Positions 11,011 to 21,960 of a stretch of 39,124 bases of DNA are shown one piece after another. Made by a program: the position numbers and the translations under genes. The DNA comes from Octopus bimaculoides (taxonomy: Eukaryota). The DNA is taken from assembly GCF_001194135.2 (NCBI RefSeq), contig NC_068984.1, positions 131,683,396-131,722,519 on the forward strand, in the 5' to 3' direction. Numbering within the stretch: the stretch's first letter is position 1; every line of letters begins with the position of its first letter. The notes under the pieces were generated by a model. It saw only the letters and a list, made by a program, of their open reading frames with translations, did not search any database and had not been told where the DNA came from.

Positions 11011-12076
11011 GTAACTTTTCTTGTGATTTTTAAAAAATCATATTTGCTTATGGTTCTCATGTGAATCATATCAACTCTGACAAAGGTATTATACATATAT
11101 AATATCTCTGTGCAGTTTGCTATGTCCGTCATTTGGTAATACTTAATGTAAGCACAAATGACAAAAGTGATGAGACACGACTACCTAAAAGCTAGTATAC
11201 ATTATACTTGAAAAAATTTAAAGAGAAGGTTAGAAACCCACAGATAGCACCTGGCCCGCTTGTTGTCAACCACTGGATATTAAAAGAAATGGTTATATAT
11301 ATTTTTATTAATGTTAATATTGAGTGTCTTAAGTGACCAGTAATAAAGTCACAATTATTTATGGTGGCCGATAATAAAGTCACAGGGACAAAGAAGTCAC
11401 AATTAATTTATTGGATCCGGACAAAACCCTTGACTTATTTTTATCTAGATTTGGTCACACGTATATATTCCGCATTTTAACGTGTATAAGGAACCATTTT
11501 TTTGTCAAAAATTAGGTTAAAAAATTATGGGAGTTTCTTATAGATGAATAGTATTACAATCCCTTACAAAAACATTTCTTCCAAATTTTAAGCCCCCAAA
11601 ATTAGGGTTTCCTAATACACGTTAAAATCCAATAATCCCTGGATGGAGTTTAAGGATTTTTGTTATTATTTCTATATTTTTCCTACATTATATCAGTACA
11701 GGTCAATGCCCCCCCCCCCCAAAAAAAAACTGGTTCACCGGTGAGCATCATTAGTCTGTGGCCGGCATAATGGGATAGGAGCTTTATTTGCATATTCAAA
11801 ATGTTGGATCTAGTTCAAAACGGGGGCACCAGTTTTCATTTATGTTTTATGTAGTGTTTTTGGTACCGAAAGACTTTCAAACTTCGTATACTTATCTATT
11901 TTGTGTTATAGAACAGAAAAAAATTTTTGTATTCGAATTAATTTCATGTAAAAAATTGTCTTATTTCGATAATTTCAACCAATCACTGACAAGTATTCAG
12001 CTGTTTATAGTTACTCCTTTGGGAGTTTAAGCGGTGTAAAGCGTATTTAATCTCCATTACTTCTGACATTTTGCAG

Positions 12077-12133
12077 AGAGGCAACACACGTGTGTTCGTT
12101 TTCCCTAACCCTAAAAAACCAGGCCTTGTGCCT
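12077..12133 (+). CDS. Candidate exon running into the gap (RGNTRVFVFPNPKKPGLVP...)
   Basis: Strong acceptor cttctgacattttgcag| with phase-0 frame open up to the N run. Confidence 0.3.
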
Positions 12134-12771
12134 NNNNNNNNNNNNNNNNNNNNNNNNNNNNNNNNNNNNNNNNNNNNNNNNNNNNNNNNNNNNNNNNNNN
12201 NNNNNNNNNNNNNNNNNNNNNNNNNNNNNNNNNNNNNNNNNNNNNNNNNNNNNNNNNNNNNNNNNNNNNNNNNNNNNNNNNNNNNNNNNNNNNNNNNNNN
12301 NNNNNNNNNNNNNNNNNNNNNNNNNNNNNNNNNNNNNNNNNNNNNNNNNNNNNNNNNNNNNNNNNNNNNNNNNNNNNNNNNNNNNNNNNNNNNNNNNNNN
12401 NNNNNNNNNNNNNNNNNNNNNNNNNNNNNNNNNNNNNNNNNNNNNNNNNNNNNNNNNNNNNNNNNNNNNNNNNNNNNNNNNNNNNNNNNNNNNNNNNNNN
12501 NNNNNNNNNNNNNNNNNNNNNNNNNNNNNNNNNNNNNNNNNNNNNNNNNNNNNNNNNNNNNNNNNNNNNNNNNNNNNNNNNNNNNNNNNNNNNNNNNNNN
12601 NNNNNNNNNNNNNNNNNNNNNNNNNNNNNNNNNNNNNNNNNNNNNNNNNNNNNNNNNNNNNNNNNNNNNNNNNNNNNNNNNNNNNNNNNNNNNNNNNNNN
12701 NNNNNNNNNNNNNNNNNNNNNNNNNNNNNNNNNNNNNNNNNNNNNNNNNNNNNNNNNNNNNNNNNNNNNNN
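12134..12771. other. Assembly gap
   Basis: Run of N. Confidence 1.
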
Positions 12772-12873
12772 TATATATATATATATATTACTCTGTGAAA
12801 CTTAATTTAATTTTAATAAATTGACTTTAATTGAGTTTATACCTGTAATTTTTAATTTTATCCCTAATATTAT

Positions 12874-12905
<32 letters not shown>

Positions 12906-15005
12906 TATCTTGTTTCAGTCATTAGACTGCGGCCATGCTGGGTTACCACCTTGAATTTTCGGTCTAATGGATCGACCCCAGCACATTTTTTTTTCTTTTT
13001 CGTTAAGCCTGGCGAGTTTCGTGCATAAGAACTTAGCAACTAGTTCGTTTAGTGCTTGCGCACGAAGCACGCGGTACGTGTTCCAAGCGGTAACGCATGA
13101 AACTCTCGGTCCTTGAGTCACTTTTGTTGCCTCTACTAAATTATCAGTAAAAAAATATATATATATACTCATATTTTGAGTTCTATTTCCCCTGTTTGCA
13201 TCACTCACACACATACAAACATTTATATAAAATTAAAGTTTCGAAATTAGACGTCAGGTGCTGAACAGGGAATACAATATTTGGGTTGTTCGAATTGTAT
13301 TTTGTCCCTTCTCTCGACACCAAAGCTTTCAGTTTTTGCTGTGTTAATATTTAGTATGGGACAATATGTCTAATTTGACTCGGCTACGTTTCAGATTCTT
13401 CCAGTAAAAAATACAAAGATACAATAGAAAACGCTTGAAGTTTCTATCGACAATCCCTTTCGTCCGGTTTCACTGTTTCCGAATTCCCAAGAAAAATAAA
13501 GCATCCTTTCTAATATTGAATTCAAACGTTTTAACCTTTTGCCTTTCCAAAGCATTTTCATAAGTTTGTCCTTAAACATCCATGCTTATTTTCAGAATTT
13601 TAGTAAGCCGCCCTTGTTTTATATATCTTCTGAAGAATATAAAGATTTCGTTTCATAAATCCCAAGTTATTCTGGTGGTTGAAAAACACTGGAATTGTGT
13701 ATCACATTGCGGTTTCCAATCACTGGGCCGTACAGAAAAATAAATTCTAAAATTTTTCTTTTATTTTACTCATTGCAGTCTGTAGGGGTGGGGGTTATAT
13801 ATAATATACCACACATAATATATATAGATAATATATATATAATATATGGATAATAGATAATATATATAGATACTACACACACTCTTATACACACACATAT
13901 ATATATATATAGGCCTATAATAATTAAGTTACATATTATACAGTTTATTGTTTTATTTTGTGCCTGATCCACCAGTCCGTGGGAAAATCGTCTGGCATGA
14001 AACCGGTCCACAGAAAAATATCGGGAATGTATGATATATATATATGATGCATGGGCAGCAGAGAAAATATGTCCCGAGTATCGCATGTGACACACAAAAT
14101 AGGTGAAGGATTAAAAGATTTTTTGTCAGATTTTTGTATAAATTTTTTGGATTTGAATAAAAGTTTGAGGCACGAGAGATTTTAGGTTTACGTTTTCTGC
14201 TAGTTTCTTGTTTCTAAATAATAATTTAGTGGTGTGCGTAATGGCTCTTCAAAAACTCCCATTTCTCCTTCTCTATAAAAACCCGTCTGCGCGCATATGT
14301 CGGAGATTAGTCTTGCTATCAAAAACTAATAGGCACCTTTGTAAAGAATGTTTTTTGTTTTTTCCTAATTCTAAACTTTTTCTGAGGGATGCGAAAAAAT
14401 AGGCTGTTATGAAAATCATGGAACACGTATATTATTTAGTTGATAGTTTATCCTCATCGATAGTGTGTGTTCACCATAACTTACTAGCTAATATCAAACC
14501 CAATAATTTATTTCACTAAAATCCTGATGCATTGTAGCTGAGAACACAACCGAAAAAAAACTTCTATTTCTACATAAATATACCATAAAAACCTTTATAT
14601 GAAAGGAAGAAACAAAATTCAACCTAGTCCCGTGCAAGACAATAAAGAGAATCTTGAAAATATTTGGACAACAAATTGAGATAGAATTCCCAAAAGGGAA
14701 ACATGAGCAATCCCATACGCATCACAATAATGACTGGATCTTGTTAAATTTCTCTCAACCACTTGAAATTTAAAAAAATTTCATAAGGTTTATATTTTAA
14801 AAAATGTAATTCTAATAGTTTTGCATGACACTTTCTTATTAATTTCTAGAACAACACAAATGAATGCAGTTTTCGTCGTCAGTATGCAAAACAACATCAG
14901 GACTACATGTATGAAAATAATCTGGTGAATATTTGAAATACTTCAAATGGTTGCAAGCAATTTAACAAGATCCCAACAATTTAATCTAAACGGACGTAGA
15001 CATAC

Positions 15006-15094
15006 CGTCTTCAGGCTTTCTTGTAGAAATCCATGTTTCAATGCTATAACTACAGACGGGTGCCCCTCCCTTACGGTGTTTCGTTCGTAACTTT
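15006..15094 (-). CDS. Candidate internal exon of an unidentified minus-strand gene
   Basis: Acceptor catctttcag| and donor GACG|gtatgt; phase-compatible with candidate exons 15383-15399 and 14719-14761. Confidence 0.3.
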
Positions 15095-15959
15095 CTGAAA
15101 GATGCATATTTTCTAATGAAATTTTTCAGATATACGTTTTCGATGGGTAAATTATGATTTTTTGTTAATGATAAGAAGAAAAAAAAATACGATTGCAGCA
15201 TGGAAGACACATTGTTCTTTCTAGAACACACGCGCACACACACACATACTCACACTCACACACACAGAGTCCTGTTAACTTATTGTTATTTGGTGTCAAA
15301 GTTGAACCTTCGTGTGTTTTTGAATTACAAATATGTCTTCCACACGGCAATCGTTTTAGTTTCAACACAGTCGCAAGCATACCTCCGAAATTTATTCATT
15401 CATTTTTCTCTTTTATAAGTTTCGGATCATTGTCGATTTCTCAAAATTTAGTTGTGTATGAGAACTATCTTTAAAAACGCATGATTTTAAGGGATATTTT
15501 ACAGAAATGTGTTTTCGATCTGAGGGCCGGATAAAGAAGGAAATTATTAAAGTTACGGAAATTGGCGGTAACAAAGCGAGCGGAGGGAACGATCTGAAAT
15601 TCTTCCTTTTTTTTTTTTTTTTTTTTTTTTGCGTCCTTGAAAGCACTTCTATGCAGCCCCAAGTCCACTGCTCACATTTCTTATTTTAATTGTACTCTTT
15701 CTTCACTGATTTATTTCATTATTTCAGTCATTTCATTTACCATCCGGGTGATCACTTCTGTGAGAACCCATTAGATGTTAGATATCCACAGTAACATCCC
15801 TGGCAACTTTAGCTCCTCTGCCCCATCTCTACTAACATCATAAACTAAAGACAATTATCAAGATTGGCAAACAATGCTTCATATTCCAAATCATACTCAC
15901 ACACTCATGCTCTTGCTCGATGAGGCTAGGGTCATGCCAAGTCAGTGGTCCCAGAGGCA

Positions 15960-16260
15960 TTATTGTGCATAGAGCCGACTAGGTCCACCAGTGACCCCCA
16001 ATTGCTAGTGGTCTCATGCCAGCCCCTTTGCATCCTCCAAGAAGATGTCAGGTCTCTGGAGATCTTTAATCATATCCAGCCATCTGGTGCTGGGCCTGCC
16101 ACAGGGCCTCTTCCAGGCCTCAGATGCTGCTTCAAACAAGGTAAGACCCTGGTAGGATGGTCTGGCAGGAGGAAGAGAGCATGTCCGTACCAGTGCATGT
16201 TGCAGACGGCTATGAGGCTGCAGGCTGATGCATGTGCACACGCAACTCTTCAGTCAACTA
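15960..16260 (-). mobile_element. RTE-like LINE C-terminal fragment
   Basis: ORF 16014..16241: WKRPCGRPSTRWLDMIKDLQ, matching the (W)KRPRGRP..RW.D motif of RTE-group ORFs. Confidence 0.7.
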
Positions 16261-18869
16261 GAAGTTTGAATACTTCCCACTAATTTCTCAAATGTCAATC
16301 ACTCAACTGAACTTTTATTCACACCACTCTCATTTTGGATGACTGTTGCTGATTAATTCATGCAATACTATCACACTTTCATCCCATCACCTCTTGGTCC
16401 TTTATTCCTCACAACCCACACTTCACTTTCTAGATCTCTACATCTTCTTGTCCCCAACTTTCTACCTATCATACCTACCACCACCTTTTTTTCTGGGTTT
16501 TTTTTTTTTGTAACTTTTGCCATCCATTACTTCTTCAAAAGTAATGGATGACAGAAACGTTTTCACTGTTCAGGACAATCATACTTATTGACAACCATAA
16601 ACTTGCTCTCTTGTCTACTATACCAGCTGGCATTGTCTTGTTGACAATTTGTACAACATATTGAGATGAAGTTCAGCTGTGATCGTACTAGTTCAGTAGC
16701 TGAAAGGACATGATATTTTTCACAATGTATCTTATCTTTTAATTTCTTGTTCTGTACAAAGAAATGTATGATGACCTATCATAATTAAATGCACTAAAAT
16801 TTGTCAATATTTTGTTTGGCATGATTAATCCACTTAAAGTTGGAATAAAGCTTATCAATATACTTCAGTATTACACTATCAAGTGTCTACTACAAGTAAG
16901 AAAATCTACATTAGGTGAGAGAAGTGTAACACACATTCTCCACCTGTTTTCTCAGGTTTGTTTTGTGGTTATCAAGACCTTTCTTGTCAGAAATTTCTGA
17001 AAAAGCACTGATAATTTCTTATGATATGACAAGAAAAAAAAAACATGTCTGCTAAATTAAAGACAATGCCAATGAAGTATCTGCACATTTTTGCATAGGT
17101 CTCCTCTTCCTTAAGTTATATAATTATGGGATCCATGGTCAATATGACCACTTGTGTGGTTGGTATTTGCTTGTTTGTATGCTAAAATCAAGGTTGACTG
17201 CATCTACCAAGCTACCAGTATCATACGATTTGCTGGGTTTCATTTGAATGGCAAAGTCATGGTTTTATTTGCTTGTATACTTTGCTTCTTTATTTGACTG
17301 TATGGAAAATGACTGTGTCCTGGAATATCTTTTAGTTTACTGATGTCAGTGCAATGGTCTGGTCTGTCATTATTATTGTTTTGTGTCTATGTCGGGTCTT
17401 CTAACTTTTGTTGCAATCTTGCATGATTTTTGTATCATTTTCCAAATCCTCCAAACAGTAAAAGCAATTCTAAATGCCCCAATAATATGTATTTGTGGAA
17501 AAGCAAATGAAAAGGTCAAATTTTTAAAAATAACTTTTACAAATGATTATTGTCATGTATATTTTTGGCATTTTGGTAAATGATTTTGATCTATTGAAGT
17601 TATCTGTATTCTATTATCAATCTGTCAGATTTGTTTCCTGTGGTATTGTATGTAGGATGGTTTTTCTTTTTATAACTTTGCATGAGTATTTTTCCAGCTG
17701 GATACCCTTCCTACTACTTAATCTGAAGTGCAGGTGACACTTTAGTCAACTGAGCTAAAATGTGGCTAAATGTTGCTTCAATCTTATAGCTACTATGCTC
17801 ATTTTTTCACCAAAACTCAGCTAACCTTATCAACTATGTTACATCAGCTGTACATTTGATGTGTTAATTTGCTAATCTTCATCTTGTCACATCATTCATT
17901 TCGTGCTTTCATGATTCCAGTTAGTAGTTATTGCTCCTACTTCACAAATGAATATTGTGTAATATTAGGAAGGCATCCAGTTTTAGAACTTTTGAATGAA
18001 TCATTGATGCAATTCTTTGATTTTGTCGAACCTTTTACTTTATAGATTGTACTGAAAAGTGGGAACATACTGCTTTGATTGCCCCTACATATTTGAAAAC
18101 AACTAAAAAATTACCCAGCTTGAAAAATATTTTAGGCTCCTTTGTACAATTTCTTTATCATTAGTTAAGGCCCAGCTAAGAAAGATAAATAAATATTTTA
18201 ATTTTTTTTGCAATCATTATGAAGCCATTGTATTATCATTGGGTCCCTAACAAACATTGATAATATCACTTGAGTAAAACAAAATGAAAATGCTAGATAT
18301 ATTGCAATTATAGATAAAAGTTGGTTTGGTGATAAGCAAAGGTTATTGATAAATGGTAGAGAAATGTGCCAAAGGGGACTTTGAACAAAAAATATAGGTG
18401 ATTGGGATATTGATAGGGGGTACAGATTAGAGGTGACTTTAAAGGCTTCATCAGACTAGTAGCAGCAGAGATGTAACAGCAGTGATGATTACCAGTGAAA
18501 TGACATGATACACATTTATGACTGCAAGTGTACAATTAGCAAATCACTTCTAAAGGGAGAAGATTTTGAAATTGTAGCCATCTTTTATTTATTTATCAAA
18601 TTTTTGTGTGGAAACTTTATCCTTTTTTTTTGTTTGTCCCCCCCCCCTTTTCACTATATATTCACTATAATATTATACATTAGTCCTCCTGGCATTTTGA
18701 ATGATTTAATTAAACCAATACCTTTTTTCATTATTCATAATTACTTTCAGATTCTAATAGCATATTTGCCTGTATTTATAAATGTTTCCAAATAACTGGC
18801 TTAGAGGTTTGGGATTTTGTTTTATATTTATCCTTTTTTCACTAATTTATCTTAGGGATTTTACTCTTA

Positions 18870-19170
18870 GCCTTTTCAAACTTGCCATTTCACAGTGGTA
18901 ATCCCCTCATCTGGGATGTCACATGCATTAACACCTTCTCCAACAGCAACCTGGTGTTTGCAACTGCCTGCCCAGTCTTAACTGCTTGTCAAGCTGGGAA
19001 GGACAAAAGGTCAAAATATCAGCCACTCTTTTCTCAGCTCTCAGACCACATCCTTGTCACTGCTATCAGAGTAAAGATGACTATCCTCAAGTGCAAGCCC
19101 CGTCTCTCTCGCCATACTCCTGAGCAATACCTCTTCCATTTTGTCCACTGAGACTATGAGGCAGTCTAAC
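18870..19170 (+). mobile_element. CRE-clade non-LTR retrotransposon restriction-like endonuclease fragment
   Basis: ORF 18882..19151 PFHSGNPLIWDVTCINTFS...KRSKYQPL resembles the CRE-type PW..G.PL.WD.TC..T.A...K..KY..L motif. Confidence 0.7.
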
Positions 19171-19269
19171 AAGCCTTTTTAGATATTACTTGTTATGTAT
19201 TGTTTGAGTTAACCAGTCATAAACTAATCCTTATAGAACTGCTATTTTGTGTGTACTATTTTTACCAAG

Positions 19270-19501
19270 TGATGATGGTGACGCAGCTGCGGAATTTTGA
19301 TCCCTTTCACAGAATCTTTTATTTAGTAAACATTTCCTGACAAGAAATGAGAACCCAGGTTCAGAATTTCCCCAAGACACCTGATGAAGGCTGGAGGGTA
19401 TATCAGCCGAAACATTGTGTTAACAACAAACAAGATGAGGACAAATATCCATCAAATGTAAATAACATACATAATTCCTCATCTCTTAAATATAGAACTG
19501 T
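19270..19501 (+). mobile_element. Penelope-like terminal repeat (family A), without tRNA head
   Basis: gaaatgagaacccaggt...aaatatagaactgt matches the arms of 31479-31992 and ends at the identical 3' nucleotide as the right arm. Confidence 0.75.
19376..19421 (+). ncRNA. Minimal type I hammerhead motif (family A), probably inactivated
   Basis: GACAC / CTGATGA-A / GGCTG-gagggtatat-CAGCC / GAAAC / ATT / GTGTT; the G of the GUU triplet is A here (CpG-type change). Confidence 0.65.
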
Positions 19502-19504
19502 ATT

Positions 19505-19870
19505 TTGGTGATTTGTTGTACTTGAGAAGATGTGCCAAGCTCAGTGAAATCATGGCTGTGACCTGTGCTAGTGATGCACAATGGGCGCCTGTGCTGGTGA
19601 CGCATGGTGGACACCCATGCCAGGCAACGCGTGACAGGCACCCATACCAAGCTATGCGGGACTGGCACCCATGCCAGGCATCACGTGATGGGCACCCGTG
19701 CCAAGCATCATATGAAGATGTTAACATTAGGAAGGGCATTCTGCCATAAAAACCAAACCAAAGCAGACAACTTCAGCCTGCTGCAGCTCTCCAGCTTCCC
19801 AGTTTAGGACAAACCATCTAACCCACACCAGCATGGAAAATGGACGTTAAATGATAATGATGATGATTTA
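19505..19870 (+). mobile_element. RTE-type 3' UTR/tail with an internal 27-bp minisatellite
   Basis: Shared tail ttaggaagggcattc...ccagcatggaaaatggacgttaaatgataatgatg; four 27-bp units at 19609-19716. Confidence 0.75.
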
Positions 19871-19886
19871 GTCACATTTATCCCCT

Positions 19887-19945
<59 letters not shown>

Positions 19946-20410
19946 GTGTACACATAGACTGGTGACATAAAATGTAAAATTTGTATACTATTTAAATATA
20001 CTCTGATTCATAATACATTAAAACACTACACATAAGGTATAGTCATAGGTGCAAAACCAGAAAAAAAGCTATGCAAGGTTATTGTCCTTGAGAAAGTTAT
20101 TAGCATCTCATATTTGTTCCCTATAAATTTGGTGGTTTAACTTTGGAATTGTTGCTAGTATCATTAATAGGATTGTTGTTATTCTTATATTTATAATTAA
20201 TTTATTCATAATTTCTCCACTATCATCAAATTTATTTTTATTATTCTTCTGTATACAATATGTAAGCATGTAAATGTAATGTAAATGTTGCATATATGAA
20301 TTTTATCTGTGTCATTTTTAGCTGATTTTATATGCTGCCTATGGTCCTTGGATAGCTATTTGCTGAGAGCATAAATTAAACTTACTTCTTTTTTTAATTC
20401 TACCTCTCAG

Positions 20411-20538
20411 CTATAAGTTTATCACAAAATCTAAAAATGATTTTTCAGCAATCATTAATTCTACTACCCACCAGCTTTCTGGAAGCTAAACACTTCAGAA
20501 AAAGTATAACCACAGTTATTAACCTGAACAGTGAGCAA
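20411..20538 (+). CDS. Candidate exon (xISLSQNLKMIFQQSLILLPTSFLEAKHFRKSITTVINLNSEQ)
   Basis: Acceptor ttttttaattctacctctcag|, donor CAA|gtatgt, single open frame; phase 1 start matches the donor at 15567/15568. Confidence 0.25.
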
Positions 20539-20772
20539 GTATGTATAGATGACTTGCCCATCTTTACATAACAAATCTTTCGTTGTGCCCCATGACACCA
20601 GCAATATGTACTGGCCAAACCAATAGGGTATTGGCCATTAGCCAAAGAGTCAATGATTCAAGTACAAGCAAGACGCTTAATTATTTCTAGCTCAGTACAC
20701 CCGATTGTATATAGATACTATAAGAAAAGAGCAAAGCATAAGAAATATTTTTATTTGCAATGGTAAACTTAA

Positions 20773-20979
20773 CCCTTTAACATCCATATTTCTTTGTTAA
20801 GCGTATTCTTATTTATTCACATTGTTTAGAATTAATCATGCATTATCTTGTAGCTTCAAGATTTCAGTAATGTGTTTGTATATTTTTAGAATGACATTGT
20901 AGAGTAGTATGAGATGTTGGATCTGGTCAGTTTTAACATAAAACAGGTAGAATATTTGGCTGGATTAAATGCTAAAGGG
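20773..20979. mobile_element. piggyBac-type MITE
   Basis: TTAA|CCCTTTAACAT ... ATGCTAAAGGG|TTAG: imperfect TIRs with TTAA-type flanks. Confidence 0.7.
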
Positions 20980-21034
20980 TTAGATCCTTTCATTAGTATA
21001 GCTTTAAAGTGTAGGGAAGACTCTAGATAAACTA

Positions 21035-21323
21035 TCATCATCATCGTTTAACGTCCACTTTCCATGCTGGTATGGGTTGGACGGTTTGACTGAGAACTGG
21101 CGAGCCAGATGGCTGCACCAGGCTCCAATCTGGTCTAGCAGAGTTTCTACAGCTGGATGTCCTTCCTAACGCCAACCACTCCGAGAGTGTAGTGGGTGCT
21201 TTTACATGCCACTGGCACGAGGGCCAGTCAGGCGGTACTGGCGACGGCCACACTCAAATGGTGTTTTTTATGTGCCACCTGCACAGGAGCCAGTCCAGCG
21301 ACACTGCCAATGACCTCGCTCAA
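21035..21323 (-). mobile_element. RTE-type 3' tail copy
   Basis: (CAT)n-cgtttaacgtccactttccatgctgg...; homologous to 38795-39124. Confidence 0.8.
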
Positions 21324-21596
21324 ATGTCTGTTTGGTGGTCCAACGCTGGTGCCATCCACTCCAGCTTTATTAGACCTGGTAAGTCAATTACAGCAGATAT
21401 GTACATCAACCAGTTGGATGAAATGATGAGTGAACTTGCGACTAAACAACCAAAATTGGTCAATAGAGACAGGTCAATTCTCTTGCAAGACAACACTCGA
21501 CCACATGTTGCACAAAGAACGCTACTCAAGTTAAATGAACTGAAGTTGGAAATACTCTGTCATCCACCATATTCACCAGACCTTGCACCAACAGAC
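21324..21596 (+). mobile_element. mariner (DD34D) transposase fragment
   Basis: SVWW...LLQDNTRPH...HPPYSPDLAPTD; 34 residues between the last two Asp. Confidence 0.9.
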
Positions 21597-21629
21597 ATTG
21601 CTCATCTAGGTGAAACTTAGTATTGACAA

Positions 21630-21960
21630 CCATCTGTCTATCCCATGGTTATCAGTTCATCCTCATTTGTTATTGCAACCCTCTCCAATAGGATCTCATA
21701 GAAACAGTCCTTTTACTCAACTGCCAGTCCTGATTAGAGTATATAAGCAGAGGTCACTGTTGCTGTGATGTTGCCTATGATTAGTCTATCCCTAATTTTG
21801 TCACATACGTTGACTACCTCAATTACTCTATCCATTTCTCTGCCAACAAAATTCCTGCTCTACCAATTCCAGCACTGTTATATATCCTGATGAATTAGTA
21901 TCTGTGTTTCTTGTTCATGAGCCATCTGGTTGAGGCTCTTCTCCCTCCATATTACACAGC
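21630..21960 (-). mobile_element. Degraded RTE apurinic endonuclease fragment
   Basis: Minus strand VIEVVNVCDKIR...TVTSAY...KDCFYEILL...DELITMG resembles RTE APE SAYAPQ/K..F...L/I..GDFN regions. Confidence 0.55.

Noticed and set aside
17100-17500. VDAVNLDFS, resembling the CR1/L2 RT motif VD..YLDF.KAFD
   Set aside because: Single short motif with no supporting flanking RT similarity.
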